Positions 34,751 through 48,120 are shown, counted from the stretch's first letter. The stretch is 64,000 bases of DNA from Chiloscyllium plagiosum (GCF_004010195.1 NC_057718.1:34144384-34208383), one strand, 5' to 3'. Notes: a model not told the origin generated them from the letters alone. Translations and numbers: made by a program.

Positions 34751-35160
34751 GTTCTGGCTGGTCCGGGGACTCCCGGGAGGAGGAATCCCATATAAATATG
34801 AGTTTTATTATGAGTTGATGTAAATCTATTTTGAGCATGTACTTAGTTATTTAATTATTTTGTTGTTTATCGCTACAAATGTACGATATCCTATTTTATG
34901 TTTTGGTTGTTTGTAGGATAGATCAGTAGTTAGTTGGGTTTTACACCTTTTTTCGTTTGTCGTTTCGGTTATTATTTATATTTTTTTCTTACTTATTTAA
35001 TTTTATATTGGTGTTTATACTTGCTTGTATTACTTTTGTAATTTTGTAAAAAAATCTTTAAAAGGTTTTCTTTTTTCAATAAAAATATCTATATTAAAAA
35101 AAAATCTGCTGGGATTTTTCATACCCCCCAAATCTATTCAAATCTGTCTAAACCTGTCCA

Positions 35161-35211
35161 AATTCTGACGATGAGCCCCCAAACCATTCAAATCCCAGCA
35201 ATGAGCCCCCA
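35161..35211 (-). other. Primer-binding site, tRNA-Pro-like, present twice
   Basis: Minus strand TGGGGGCTCattgctGGGATTTGAA next to the LTR, and a second TGGGGGCTCatcgtcagaatt 30 bp further in. The tRNA-Pro PBS consensus is TGGGGGCTCGTCCGGGAT. Confidence 0.7.
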
Positions 35212-35216
35212 AACAA

Positions 35217-35877
35217 TGTAAACCCTCCTGCTTAATTTAAACCAGCGACGCAGAAAAGATTTATGCCATGGAATAATCTGTGAAACTCCGAGAGGCCAAG
35301 AACTATTTAAAGTAAAAATGAATAACTTTATTTCTTAAAGTATAACAGAGAATAATTAACTAACAACTATTTACAACTCTTCCTCTAACCTACCTTTTAC
35401 TTTCCCTTCTATAATACTAGTTTAATAAAACCCCCGATTAAGATTTGCTGAAAAATTCAAATTTCAAAACCAGCCAGCTCTCGTATCTTCCCTTTGCAGG
35501 GTTGCTCTCTAGGTTGGTGTTGATGTTTTTCTCTGTGCAAACACCTTCTCTAGACAGGTACCTCACAGACAGCCTACATCTGTTGGCAGTTCTCCCTCAA
35601 CTGTTCACTTTTTCCCAGTCTTATACTCCCAAAGCATCGGCTTGTGTCGATGGTTTTTAATATTGTCAATATACTCAATTCAAACTTGATTGGAGTTTGG
35701 TTTCTTTTTTGTGTTTAATTTAAACTGATTGGCCTAATTTTGTCTCCAGGCAACCCGCTACCCTAACTGTTGGACCACATGTTACATTGTATCTTATTCA
35801 GAACACTTGGTGCTGTCAGGTAGTTCTGCTCACTTTTAACCCACTTAAAAGTACAGTACACCCACATCTTCATAACA
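35217..35877 (-). repeat. 5' LTR of the Gmr1-like element
   Basis: Homologous to 25254-25638; ends cttcataaca followed by the CTTG TSD. Confidence 0.88.
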
Positions 35878-36090
35878 CTTGTTTACATCAAACTCCATCT
35901 GCTACAGTTTTGGTCATTCATGTAATCTGTCAATAGCCCTTTGTAATTTTATGCTATCATCTATAATGGCTAAAACATTGCCTAACCCTGTCTCATCAGC
36001 AAATTTAGATCTATGACTTTCAATGCCATTTATCCAAGTTGTAATAAATAATATGAATAACTGAGGCCATAAAACAGGTCCATTTGATGC
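35878..36090 (-). mobile_element. CR1 relic, right part
   Basis: SKFADETGLG...IKLQRAIDRL in ORF 35914-36180. Confidence 0.75.
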
Positions 36091-36189
36091 AAGTTGAGGA
36101 GTTGGAGTACAAAACAAAGACATTGCACTACTCCAGAAGAGAGGAAAGTTATCTGTACATTTATTCCAAGAGATAGTCACTCAAATTTG

Positions 36190-36705
36190 GTTTGTGATCA
36201 GGGACAAGAGACTGTAGGTGAGGCAAGTAGAGGGATCTAGAGGTAATGTTCATGAAGCATCAGTCCCTGCAATTGTTCAATAGTTACGAGGTGCTTGCAG
36301 AGGGTGTGGACGAGCATGGGGACTGCAGGGAGGATGAGTGAACTGACCATGGCACTGTAGTACAGAAAGCCATTCAAGTAGTCTGAGGAAATTGGAGTAG
36401 TATTAGTAATGATAGAGGTCAGTATAATTAGGGTGATAGATGCTGTCCTATGAAATGGCAGTATGATTTCTGAATGCTGGGGTGCACAGTGCCAAGAGTT
36501 AAGGACATCGCCTCATGGCTGGAGAGGAACGTGGAACAGGAGAGTAAGGATCCAGTTGGCGTTATCCATATTAGGACTAGAAAGGAAGTTCTGCTGAAAG
36601 AGTGAGAATAGTTAGGGACTAATCTCAAAAGTAGAACCTCCAAGGTAATAATCTTGAAAATGTTACCTGAGCCACAGGTAAACTAACCTAGAGTGAATAA
36701 AGTCA
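36190..36705 (+). mobile_element. CR1 ORF1 relic, SGNH-esterase-like
   Basis: Translates to ...PRVKDIASWLERNVEQESKDPVGVIHIRT, resembling the CLPGA.V.D...VHVGTND region. Confidence 0.5.
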
Positions 36706-36890
36706 AGTATGAGCTGCCAGAGGAAGTGATTCAGGTGGGTACAATTACAACATTTGGACAGGTACATGGATCGGAAAGATTTAGGGGGATATGGGCCAAA
36801 TGCAGGCAAATGGGACTAGTTCAGTTTAGGAAATTTGGCCCATATGAACGAGTTGGGCCAAATGGCCTATTTCCATGCTGTATGACTCTA
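36706..36890 (+). mobile_element. HER1/CR1 3' tail
   Basis: atgagctgccagaggaagtg...ccatgctgtatgactcta. Confidence 0.7.
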
Positions 36891-38234
36891 GGATTCTATT
36901 TGCTGATTATTAGCCGCAAAGGTATCACTGCATCTTACTGTCATTTTGAATGAGTCAAATTAAAGTAAATGCATGCACTGCCAAATATATGATTCCAAAT
37001 TACTGACTTCTTAAGCACTTGTTTCGTACCATATTCCCAGTTTAGAAATGAAGCTAAAATACAGGTCCTTATTCCAAGCGTTACAAATCAATTGGTAAAG
37101 AGGCAGTCTCCTTACGAAACATGAGCTAAGTATTTATTTTATTAATTGCAAAGATTTCCAAAACACAAGGCAAAGTTCTGTTTTTAAATAGGGCATTTTA
37201 TGAAGCTTTATACTGAGGTGAATTTCTTAAGATATTTGGATTTATTTCTTTATATTTCCCAATTGTAAATAAAATAATGTAGTTGGGTAGTTTTGACCCC
37301 CTGCAACTCCCTTCTGTTTACCTTAACTGAAATTAGACAAGGGGAGGTTGCCATCCAGGAGGTACATAGGTTTAACGCTAAATAGGCCTTTCACAGATTC
37401 ATGCCCATTAGCAAAAACTGACAAGAGGCATCCATTCTGGGTAGAGGAAGCCTAGAAAATTTAGATTTTCATGCATTGGTTACAGCTAAGGAGTAGCAGG
37501 AGTGCTCCTCTTTGTTCAACGTGGAAATCCTGGATTGGCCTTACCCTGCGTTTCATCACTCCTCTCTTTCAATAGTGAACCTTGTTGATCTTGTCACTTC
37601 TTCTTCACTAACTTGTCAGGACCAAAATCGTGAGAACTCCCACCTGTCCTGACTGTCTTCCCAATGATATGTTTTAAGTTTTGAACCCTCAAGCTATCGA
37701 CAATATTTTCTTAATGGCATCAGGCAAGAGTCAGTACCAAGGGGTGTAAATGATGTTTGGGAGTTAAATCCTGTTGGAATTATGTCAAGCAGCACATAAT
37801 GTTTAATCATAGTGATTTTCATCATTTAGGTGTGCAGCCAATGCTATCCACCTTATTTGTTGGCTGCACATTGTTTATGGGGAAGGAGTCATTGATGTCA
37901 CTTAGAGAAAATCGACCTTTTAAAGGGAAGGAATAAACTAGCTAAAAAATCAATGAAAAAAAACACAAAGAGAAAAATGCCTGTTGAAAAAACTGAGACC
38001 ACCAATGTTCTTTTAAGGTCCTAATGCAGGTAGTGGTCTCCTATGAGGGGAAACAAGGTTTGGGGAACCCTTCCAGCAAGAATTTTGTCATTAGTAGGAA
38101 GCAGTATCAGAGGAAAGAAATGCTAGGAGTTTGGTTGCACTGAGAAACCTTCCATTGAGCTTGCACACCAATGCTGCAGATCATGGAAGTCCTACCTCCA
38201 AGTTGTGTAAAGTCTTTGCAGATGGTGCAGACAT

Positions 38235-38670
38235 GTGGTCTGTGGTGAGAGTGAAGGAGTGCTGAGGTGGTGATGGGTGAATACAGGTGGTAGGTGCCAT
38301 CTGATAGGTGGAAAGATGGAATGAATCCAGTTAGTAGCAGAAGGATAGGTTGGTTGGAGGGATGAAAGAGAGGAGGCATCGCTGGAAAGGGAGTCAGGGG
38401 AAAGGTGGGGGGAAGGTTATTTGAAATCAATATTGACTCCTCCGGGCTGTAGGCTGCCCAGGACGAAAATGAGGTTTTGTTCCTCCAATTTGCTGTCTGA
38501 TTCACTGTAGCAATTTGGAAGACTGAGGATGGTTATGTCAGAGATGGAGTGGGAAGGGAAATTGAAATGAGTGGCGACCAGGAGGTCAGGCTTGCCATTA
38601 CGGGCCTGGCTGAGATGCTCTGCAAATGTGCCCTTAGTTTACGTTTGGTCACACCAATGTAGAGAAGACC
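38235..38670 (-). mobile_element. Penelope GIY-YIG/3' fragment
   Basis: The reverse complement encodes a LYIG.TKRKL..H-like GIY-YIG segment, homologous to 53370-53640. Confidence 0.65.
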
Positions 38671-38939
38671 TTAAAGGTTAAAGTTCTCAGTGTACATGGT
38701 GTGAAGCTCATGTTGTAAAAGCAGCAAAAGGCATAACTTGGTGGTAGTCTCTTTATAGAGCAGAGATACCACATTCATTGCTATGGCACATCTGACACAG
38801 GAGCATAACCAGTCTGAAAATGACCCTGTAACAAACACCAGAAGTTAATTGACAAATTTATTCAGTACTTTATACGTTTCTGACACAGAATTCCAAAGTC
38901 CATGAGTAATTCAAGTTTAATGTGGCAGACTGTACACCC

Positions 38940-39130
38940 AGTGTATGGAATGAGCTGCCAGACGAAGTGGTGGAGGCTGGTACAATTTCAACATTTTAAA
39001 GGCATTTGGATGGTATATGAATAGGAAGGGTTTAGAGGGATATGGGCCAAGTGCTGGCAAATGGAACTAGATTAGGTTAGGATATCTGGTCAGCATGGAC
39101 ACGTTGGGCTGTACATCTCTATGACTCTAT
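38940..39130 (+). mobile_element. HER1/CR1 3' tail
   Basis: gtgtatggaatgagctgccag...ctctatgactctat; near-identical to 47028-47235. Confidence 0.75.
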
Positions 39131-39289
39131 CATTTTGACTAGAAATGCACATTTGTTTTCAACTTGTTACACTTGGATGTCAGTTTAGCATCCAAGTGAA
39201 CGATTAGTGCCATCAGATGTCTAGGCCTAGATCTTTGCAAATCTGTCTATTTTCTTCGGGGTTTTATAAAGGTAAAAACTTCATAATAT

Positions 39290-39615
39290 CACCTGCCTAT
39301 CTTCCTTTCCACCTATCCACTCCACCCTCCTCTCTGACCTATCACCTTCATCCCCACCCCCATTCACCCATTGTACTCTTTGCTACCTTCCCCCACCCTC
39401 CTCCCTGACCTATCACCTCCATCCCCTCTCCCATTCACCTATTGTACTCTATGTTACTTTCTCCCCACCCCCACCCGCACCCTCCTCTCATATATCTCCC
39501 CACCCTGCAGGCACTCTGCCTCTAGTCCTGACGAAGGGCTTTTGCCCGAAATGTCGATTTTCCTGCTCCTCGGATGCTGCCTGAACTACTGTGCTTTTCC
39601 AGCACCACTCTAGTC
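39290..39615 (+). mobile_element. Penelope 3' end: C-rich UTR plus terminus with hammerhead motif
   Basis: Pyrimidine-rich UTR with an internal duplication; agtcCTGACGAAGGGCttttGCCCGAAATGTCgatt at about 39524-39560. Confidence 0.8.
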
Positions 39616-41804
39616 TTAAACTGACTAATGTCAGGAATATGATTAAGTGTTTACTAATTCAAATTAGGTAGATAATAATGAGATTATTGATCCTATTAGC
39701 CTTCAGGTATCCAATTGGACCATGAATTAAGTTAACTGTTGAATTGTAATCTCTGACGTAATGTATTACGAGAAGGCATATAAATTAAAACGTTGCCTTT
39801 CCTCTCAGTCTTTACACAAGCTTCTTATAAATTCTCTTCAGTCTATGAAGCAGGATTGATTTGGTCATCATTTACATGTTTAGACATTATATGAACGCAG
39901 AGCTGATTGCATTAGTGCTTGATTTACTAAACAGCTTAGCTATTAGTCAAGTAGCAAAGTCTTCAGTATCTTTGTTGTGAAATTTGGGGCTACGTCTCCT
40001 TGATTTCATGTTGTAAAAGTATATAAATTAGTTTCAACCTTCTAGTTTAGGAATCATTGAATCTCTGTTGATTTTCTTGTATAAGTTAGGTATCTTACGA
40101 TCAGGATGCATTGAATTAGCCTGACACTCCGAAATGTAACAATAGTAGATTCGTTTTTGGGTTTCTTTCCCTACATTGACAACACTTCAAACATCATCTG
40201 TTGCACAGCACGCTAGGGCAACCTGAGGATGTGAAGGGTGATATAAAAATGCAAGCTATGTTTTTCTGTCAATTTCAACCTGTTTTGACAATGATTCTTT
40301 CTGATGTAGGAGTGACAAAAATAGTTTGTAAGATCCAAAAAAGAAGCATTTTGAGTTAATTTGACTTTCTAACCCGGTATTGAATGATCAGCACTCAAGC
40401 CTCTGGCCTGAAAAACTCACAGTGCAATACTGACCCAAGATTGCTAGTGTTCAATGTAAGTCATGATTTTAAATTCCATTTATAACGATGCCTTCATTTG
40501 TTTTTCTGATTTACTATTGTCCTTGGTTCCTTTGAACCCCTTACACTTAGGAAATGTTCTTACGCACATGGAAAGTTTTATTCAACAATTGTAACTTCCT
40601 TTCCTCTGCTGTATTCAAGGAACACAAGCAGGAAGTGAGCAAATTTCTATCAAAACAGGAATGAGGAAGATCAACAGTTTCGCTGGTGAAAGTTATGCTG
40701 AAGCAGGAAAATTTCAGCAAATCAGTTCAGTTTGCAAAATAAAAATAGCAGGAGTTGGACAAGAATGTTACAAATTAACCCTAATGCTACTGAAATCCAA
40801 TTATACTTTCAGAAACCAAAAAGATTTAAAAAAATGTTAAATTGCATTTAAATTACAAGTCCAGAATTGGTAAAGATGCCTTTAAACTTCACTCATCTTT
40901 GAAGGAGCGTTGGTATTGGAATAATACAAGCAATTTAGAATTGGTTTAAGTTTATGTAATATTTTTCCTTCATTGAGTTGATTCATTTTCACAAGGCAAG
41001 TAACATTAAGGTTTTTAATATTGTTGACAAGTTTGAGACTGGTGAAAGTCTAATCGGTGAAGATAGTGCAATGGTAACTCTTTGTTCTTCTTTCAATTGT
41101 CAACCGTTATAACAATTATTATGGCATACATTCCTGAGAGTCTTGTCAAGAGAAAGATTCCACTCACCTCATAATTAGTAATTCTGGTTTAAAACAAGTT
41201 TAGAACTACATTGACAATCATTTTGTTCACAAATACAGTAGCCCCTGCTTCAATTCATGTGATTAAATTCTTCTAAACTAAATGCATGTTTCAACCAAAT
41301 ATAGAATTTCAAATTCTCTAATTAAACAAGGCAGTCAAAATATTTCCATATATGAACCTATTGTTGAAATGAAAGCACAAAGAATTGGAAGCAACCTATA
41401 GCTATAGCAGGAAGTTGGTTAAGATGTACAAGAATTTTAATGTGAGAATAGATTTGTACTCCAGCTGGAAAGATGCGATTCGAGGTAATTTGTACTGGGA
41501 AGTCAACTTTCTTGATACTTCAGCTCGCATCATTGAGCAAACTGTAGGAAGTCATTCCATATTCTCTGTAGGAAGAAGCAGATGATGACACCAACAGCAC
41601 AGCATTTTTGAGTGTCCCATCTAATCCAAATTAACAATAGTAAAAGCTTGCATTGCAGTACAGATATGTGCCAACAATTCTCCGCTTCTGCTTTCAGAAT
41701 AGCTTTTTCACCTGTGTTCCTAATGGCCCAGTAAGGCATCCCTTTGATGACAAAGTTTATTATGTTGTGGGACAGTGTTTTGGTTTTAAGATGCTCAGGT
41801 AAAC

Positions 41805-41868
41805 CGAAGCTGGAAATGTGTTGCTGGAAAAGTGCAGCAGGTCAGGCAGCATCCAGGGAACAGGAAGC
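41805..41868 (-). mobile_element. Short Penelope terminus fragment
   Basis: ggaaatgtgttgctggaaaagtgcagcaggtcaggcagcatccagggaacagga is the reverse complement of 19080-19128. Confidence 0.7.
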
Positions 41869-44139
41869 CTGCCTTGCATGAGTAACCAATTTCTATCAGC
41901 TCGTGACTGTGTTAAGGGAGGGGAACTTGTTAAAATGAGATAAGATGTCATGACAGTTATTATTCTATCAAAACACAGCATTAAAAAAACTGGTGCATAA
42001 TTATTAAGACAAGATTGCAAAACACTCTTGTATTTTCTTAAATTTCTTCACTCATCTTTTCTTGATCTCCTGGTTTAATTGCCTTGTATACAGCACCATC
42101 TGTTCCTGGAACTTTGACAAAGTTAATTCCCTCAGGAATACTCAGCATTTTATTTTTGTCTTTCTTTTGACAGTGAAGTAACTGTTTTTGACTTAGCTGC
42201 CATTAGCGGTGTATGGTGATGGGAGGTGGTGGTGGTCAGGGTGGCAGTGTGTTGGTGGATTTGGCAAATTCAGGAAATTCATTATAACGTTCTCCATTGC
42301 TGCTTTGACACACCCTGCATGCCCAAAAATTACGTTTAATGGAAGGGATAAAACTATTGCTTTAATATAGAATCTCAATCCATCTGTTATGATTTTTGAT
42401 AGACAGAAAAAGTTTTGCTCCATTGTCCTCTTGGATTTTGACAAAAACACACTGCGGCATAAAGGGGTAATAAACTCCTGAATGACGTAGCTAACCCTGC
42501 CAAAGTAATCTGATATAGAATAATTAAAGAACAATGCAACCGACTATTTAGTTTTGCGGAGGGCATCATTACCTCACCTGATAATGTGCAATTGACACCC
42601 AAGTATTATTGAATTATACTATTAATTTACATATTAATTTACACATTAAAGAAAACTGGAAGCAAGGTGTGAAATTGTAATCAATGTTTAAAATAACCTG
42701 TCATTGTAAATGATTGATGCAAACCCTCAATACAAAGTCTTTGCTTTCTGTCAGTTTTGTACAGAATGCAAAGTAATTGGATATTTTAATCTGTTACATC
42801 ATGTCTGACTGCTTATGCCCAAGAGGGTTAGTGGAATGACTGGGTACAATAGTATTATTTTTTCTGGCTATTTGCATTCTCTCCTAAGGTTCTTCCCCCA
42901 TGGTCAAGTAGTTCTATCGGCATTGGTAGCCTTTTTACAACTGGCCAAAGTCAGTTCAAACTCAGAAGACACATGACACTAGGTTATAGTCCAACAGGTT
43001 TATTTGAAATCACACAAGCTTTTGGAGAGCAGTTTAAACAGACTTATTAAAAAACGATAATTTTAAGTTACAACTCTTTTCAACATAATTTCAGTTTGGT
43101 TGATCTTTACTTATTTTAAACAGAATGTACTGATGCAGAGAAGTGATGTGAAAAAGTCATCAAATCCAGTGCATGAGAGTGAATTAATATAGCCACAGCC
43201 ATTAACCTGAAATGCTTTGCAATCCTCAGAAGTTGGAACTTGTGTTTTAATTCAGAAACAGATAATGTGTCTCAAATCAGGCTATCCAAAAACTGGAATT
43301 GTGCAAAAAGTAGACATTGCTCTTTTGGGTAGTGCTCTTGGAACAGAGTAAGCATGGAAATGAAGGATTAACCCCAGAGGAATGGAATTGGTGAGGGCTG
43401 TGCACGCACAGGACCTGAGTCCATTCGAGCACTTTAAGATATACCTCCCTAAACCATCTTTACTTTTCAACGCAGTTTTCTGTTCCACTGATGGGAATGT
43501 TCAGATTGTAACATTTCCAGCCATTTAAATCACTGTCTCTCTATCTCGCTTATTGTAGTCCAGGAAAATGCTCTTTTCTTGTAAGAATCACTAAACTGCA
43601 AGAGTTTTTAAACATTTGCCTTATCAAAACTTTTAAATCTTCAATGTTTCTGACCATAATGGTTGAGAACTTTTTGTACGCAAACATGCCCTATTCCATG
43701 ATCCACAACTGAGTTATTTACAACGACATTAATGATCAGTACAGAACGTGCTATAGAGACAGGCTGTGTGAAGGAATTGAAAACAAAATCTCTGAAAAAA
43801 TGCAAAATCTGGCAAAGTCGCGGTCCTAAGAGTGCTGTATTTGGGATACTACCTGTATCACTTTTCCAACAAGTTGACCCATTATTTTCATTGAAGCAAA
43901 AACAGTGACTTGATCTGAGGCAGTATTTTCTGTTTCTTACACAAAGTGAGATGAAGGAAGACATTTTGTACAACATGCTGACTCCTCCACCACAGCATTG
44001 AACAGTGTTTCAAATGGCTCCAAAGTTTGTATAGTTGGCACATCTGTGAAGAATCTTGAGGGTATCTTGAGTGTTCCAGTAACCCAAAGTGAACTTTTGT
44101 TTTTTGAATTATGCCCTTACTAAAGTACAATCCAGCTTC

Positions 44140-44370
44140 TGTGTGACTGCCTTGGAATTAGTAAAGATTAAGTTACCATGATCTTACCATAGCATAACGC
44201 CGCTCTCTCATTAGAGAGAGATGACTGGCAGTGGTTTAATTTGAGGGTCACCACACCTCAGGTGGAAGGAGAGGTTGAGAAGGAGATTCTTTCATGATAA
44301 CATCAGCTGCTGTGGGAATTGAACCCACACTGTTGGTATCACTCTGCATCACAAACCAGCCATCCAAACA
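44140..44370 (-). mobile_element. tRNA-derived SINE, third family
   Basis: gggaattgaaccc is a reverse B-box; core gagggtcaccacacctcagg. Confidence 0.5.
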
Positions 44371-44934
44371 AAAGCAACCTCCTCTGGGGTAGATTTGATT
44401 GCTATCAGTGTTTATCTAATTACATGACTGAGATGCCTCAGGAGCTTTCCTAAGGTGATGGTGCCACATAAATGCATTTTTTTGTAACAATATAAACAAT
44501 AGTTTGAAAATAATAATAAAAATAATGCCCTGTTGTTTGTAAAACAGATCAAACTCACTTTCAGATGTCCAGGTGCTTTGAACATTAAGTTGAAGTAAAC
44601 AGTCTATTTCACCCTTAACTTTCAACAGCAAGGTGTCCACCATTCTGAAGGCATGGAAAATACAATAATTCCGTGAAGTACTGGTTGTTGTTACAACCCA
44701 GTACCGTGCAACATAGAAATTACTTGCTGGTGATGTTAATGGATGAATGCTTAAATATATGTGAATGTTTCTTTATCTATAACATGAACAATAATGTTTA
44801 AATTTATATTGCTTATATTATTTTTTCCATGAAATGAAACATTTACAACTAATCAGCATTAACTAAATGTACGTGAATTTGAAAATGGTAGTTCAAAGAG
44901 CATGTTAAAAAGTCTCCTCAGCTGTCGGGGCCAG

Positions 44935-46335
44935 AACACCATAAGGTGGAAGCAGAAGTAGAACATTCGGCCCATCGTGTCTGCATCACCATTCCATGAG
45001 ATCATATCTGATCGGATAATCCACATCTCCATTTTTCTACCTTATCCTCATCAATCTTGATTCACTCACTGATTAAAATCTGTTTACCTCAGCCTTAAAT
45101 ATATTAAATGACCCAGCCATTAAGACTGAGAGATGAAATTTCTTCTCATCTCTTTTTTAAATGTATAACTCTTTACACTGTGATTAGACCCTCAGGCTCT
45201 AGCTTCTATCAGAAGGGGGAAAAAAACTTCTTGGTATCTACCCTGTCTGGCTGTTAAGAATTTTACATGTTTTAATAAGGATGCCTCTCATTTTTCTAAA
45301 CTGTAATGAGTACAAACCCATCCTACCCGACCTCTTCTCGTAAGAAAATCCTTCCATGCCTGGGATCAAACTTATGAACCTTCTCCGGACTGTCTCCAAA
45401 GCCAGTGCATCTTTCCTTAGATTAGAGGACCAAAACTGTTCACAGTGTTCCAAACTTGCTCTAACTAGGACCATGTATCATGTCAGCAAGCCTTCCCCAT
45501 TTATATACTCCATTCCCTTTGAAAGAAGGGCCAATTTTCATTTATCATCCCTATTATCTGCAAAATATGGATTTATAAATGATTTGTGATTTATAAATGA
45601 GAACCTCCAAATCCAGCTTCATACTGTCATTCTCCATTTAAATAATATCCAGCTCCCTTATTCTTCCTAACAATGTGCATAACTCATATTTTTCCATGTT
45701 ATATTCCCATCTGCTAAGATATTGCCCACTCAACCTATCTATATTTGTTTGCAGACTCTTTGTGTTATCCTCACCACTTGGCTTCCCATCTACTTTTGTG
45801 TCACCCCGAAATTTGGCAACAGTGCATTCACTTCCTTCATCCAAATCATTAATATACAGTAAGTAGTTGTGGCCTCCAGAACTGATTCCCATGCCACTCC
45901 ACTTGCTATAGGTTACCAACCTGGAAATGCCCTCCTAATCTCATCTCTAAATCTTCTTTTAGGTTGCCAATCTTCTATCCATGCTCATATGTTACGCACA
46001 ACATCAAGCGATCTTCTCTTAGTAAGTAGCCTTATGCACAGTATTTTGCCAATTGCTTTATGGAAGTCCAAATATATTACATCTACTAGCTCCCCTTTAT
46101 CTCTACTGCTTATTACCTCCTCAAAGAATTCTAATATATTTGCCAGACATGATTTTTTCCTTAATGAAGCCATGCTGCCTCTGCTCGATTATGTTTTGAA
46201 AATTTCCAAATTTTCTGCTATTACATCCTTTACATTTTCTCAATGACAGATGTTAACTGGCCTTTGGTTAACTAGTTTTTGTCTTCCTCCCTTTTTGAAT
46301 AAAGTTAATACACAGGCAGTTTTCTAATCCTCAGA
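44935..46335 (-). mobile_element. CR1 LINE ORF2 3' fragment
   Basis: KSCLANILEFFEEV...IYLDFHKA, YINDLDEG...KFRGDTK, LEHCEQFWS. Confidence 0.85.
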
Positions 46336-46339
46336 CAAT

Positions 46340-47640
46340 TCAAGATTTCTTAGAACTGGATGTGTATGTGCACAAATCATTTACGATAGCAGGACAGGTA
46401 GAAAGAGATGTTAATAAAACATGTTTTTTAATTGGGCAAAGAATACAAGTGCAGAGAGTTTATGCTGAACCTACATAGCACACTGCTTAGACCTGAGTTG
46501 GAATATTGCGTACAATTTCTACAGCGTGGAAATAGGTCCTTCAGCCCAGAGCGACCTTCCGAAGAGCATCTCACCCAGAACCAGCCCCCATCCTATTCCT
46601 GTAACCCCATATTTAACATGGCTAAACCACCTAGGCACTATGGACAATCAACCTAACCTGTTCATCTTTGGACCGTAAGAGGAAACTGGAGCACCTGAAG
46701 GAAACCAATACAGAGAAGGGGTGGGGCAGTGTAAACCCCATGCAGGCAGTCACCCAAAGCTGGAATTGAACCCAGGTCCTTCACAATATGAAGCAAAAGA
46801 CCTAACCACTGAGCTACCATGCTGAACTTACATTATGGGCACAACATGCCAGTTCTAGAGGCAACATTTTAGGAAGGGTATTAAATGCATTGGAGAGAGC
46901 ACAGAAGAATTAGAGAAGATCTTTTTGTGGGGTAGGGGAGCCCAGAACTAGAGGGCTTGGTTTAGGATGAGAGGGGGAAAACTTAAAAGGGATCTATGAG
47001 GTGATGTTTTCACAAAGAAGGTGGTGTGTGTATGGAATGAGCTGCCAGAGATAGTGGTGGAGGCTGGTAAAATTACAACATTTAAAAGGCATCAGGAAGG
47101 GTATATGAATAGATGGGTTTAGAGGGATATAGGCCAAGTGCTGGCAAATGGAACTAGATTAGTTTAGAATACCTGGTCTGCATGGACGAGTTGGATCGAA
47201 AGGTCTGTTTCCATGCTGTATATTTCTATGACTCTCTGAGTCTTATGTTTATGGTTCCAGGGATTGGAAATGTCAGTTGGTAGGAATATTTGAAGAAATT
47301 GGTACTGTTTTCCTCAGAGTGGAGAACACTGAGGGGATGTTTTTAGAATCAAGAGAGGTTTGAGCAGAGCAGATTGGGAGAAATTGTTCTCAATTGTTGA
47401 AGAGTTGAGAACCAGCCAGCATAGTTTAAAATGTTTTACAAAAGAAGCAAGTGCAAGGTGAGAAAAAAAGCTTCCACACAGCGAGTGGTCAGGGTCTGGA
47501 AGTGTGGTAGAAGCAGGTAGTGAAGTACCTGAGTACATTTAAGCAGAAACAATGTGCAGGGTTATGGGGAAAAGGCAGGTATTTAGCATGGAGACAGCCA
47601 ATGTCATCATGATGGGCTGAATAGCTTTCTTTTGTACTTG
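46340..47640 (+). mobile_element. CR1 3' fragment interrupted by an HE1 SINE and a HER1 tail (about 46915-47235)
   Basis: LLRPELEYCVQF, then the SINE, then the CR1 continuation. Confidence 0.7.
46518..46823 (-). mobile_element. HE1-type V-SINE, diverged
   Basis: ctaaccactgagctaccatgctg head and ggaattgaacccagg B-box, both reversed. Confidence 0.75.
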
Positions 47641-47784
47641 TAACAATCCTGTGAGGATGTAATCCATCAGGTCTTCTCAGTAAGTTTTGCTAATTCTTCC
47701 CATCTGGTAAAATTATTAGATTCATTTCTTCCCACCTTTTTGTTCCTAGATTATTCTGTATTTTTGGAATTACATTAATTTTTT

Positions 47785-48120
47785 TTATTAATTCACAGGA
47801 TGAATGGTTCCTCTGGCTAGGCCAGCATTTATCGCCCCTTGCTAATTGCCCAGAGGGCAGTTAAGAGTCAATCACATTGCTGGAGTCTGGAAAACCAGGT
47901 AAGGGTGATAGTTTCCTTCCCGAAGGACATTAGCGAACCAGATTGGTTTTTCTCCACAGTTGATAATGGTTTCATGATCATTATTAGACTCGAATTCTAC
48001 ATTCTTGTTAAATTCAATTCCACCACTTCCCGTAGCAGGATTTGAATCCAGGTCCACAGAACATTAGCTGGGTCTATGGAATAATAGTCTAGTAATAATA
48101 CCATTAGACTGTTGCCTCCC
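47785..48120 (-). mobile_element. tRNA-derived SINE, second family
   Basis: Homologous to 8622-8965; ggatttgaatcc reverse B-box. Confidence 0.75.

Larger units (their letters stand above)
30456..35104 (+). mobile_element. L1-clade LINE, 5'-complete, RT region missing
   Basis: TSD AAATCTGCTGGG (30444-30455 and 35102-35113), poly-G start, ORF1, APE endonuclease, Cys-rich C-terminus, AATAAA at 35078-35083, poly-A. Confidence 0.9.
25254..35877 (-). mobile_element. Gmr1-like Ty3/Gypsy LTR retrotransposon, degenerate, interrupted by L1
   Basis: Two homologous TG...CA LTRs, TSD CTTG (25250-25253 and 35878-35881), PPT, PBS, and gag, PR, IN, RT and RNase H motifs on the minus strand. Confidence 0.92.

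Noticed and set aside
43641..44130. Overlapping 111-aa and 80-aa ORFs in unique sequence
   Set aside because: No recognisable protein motif in any frame I translated.
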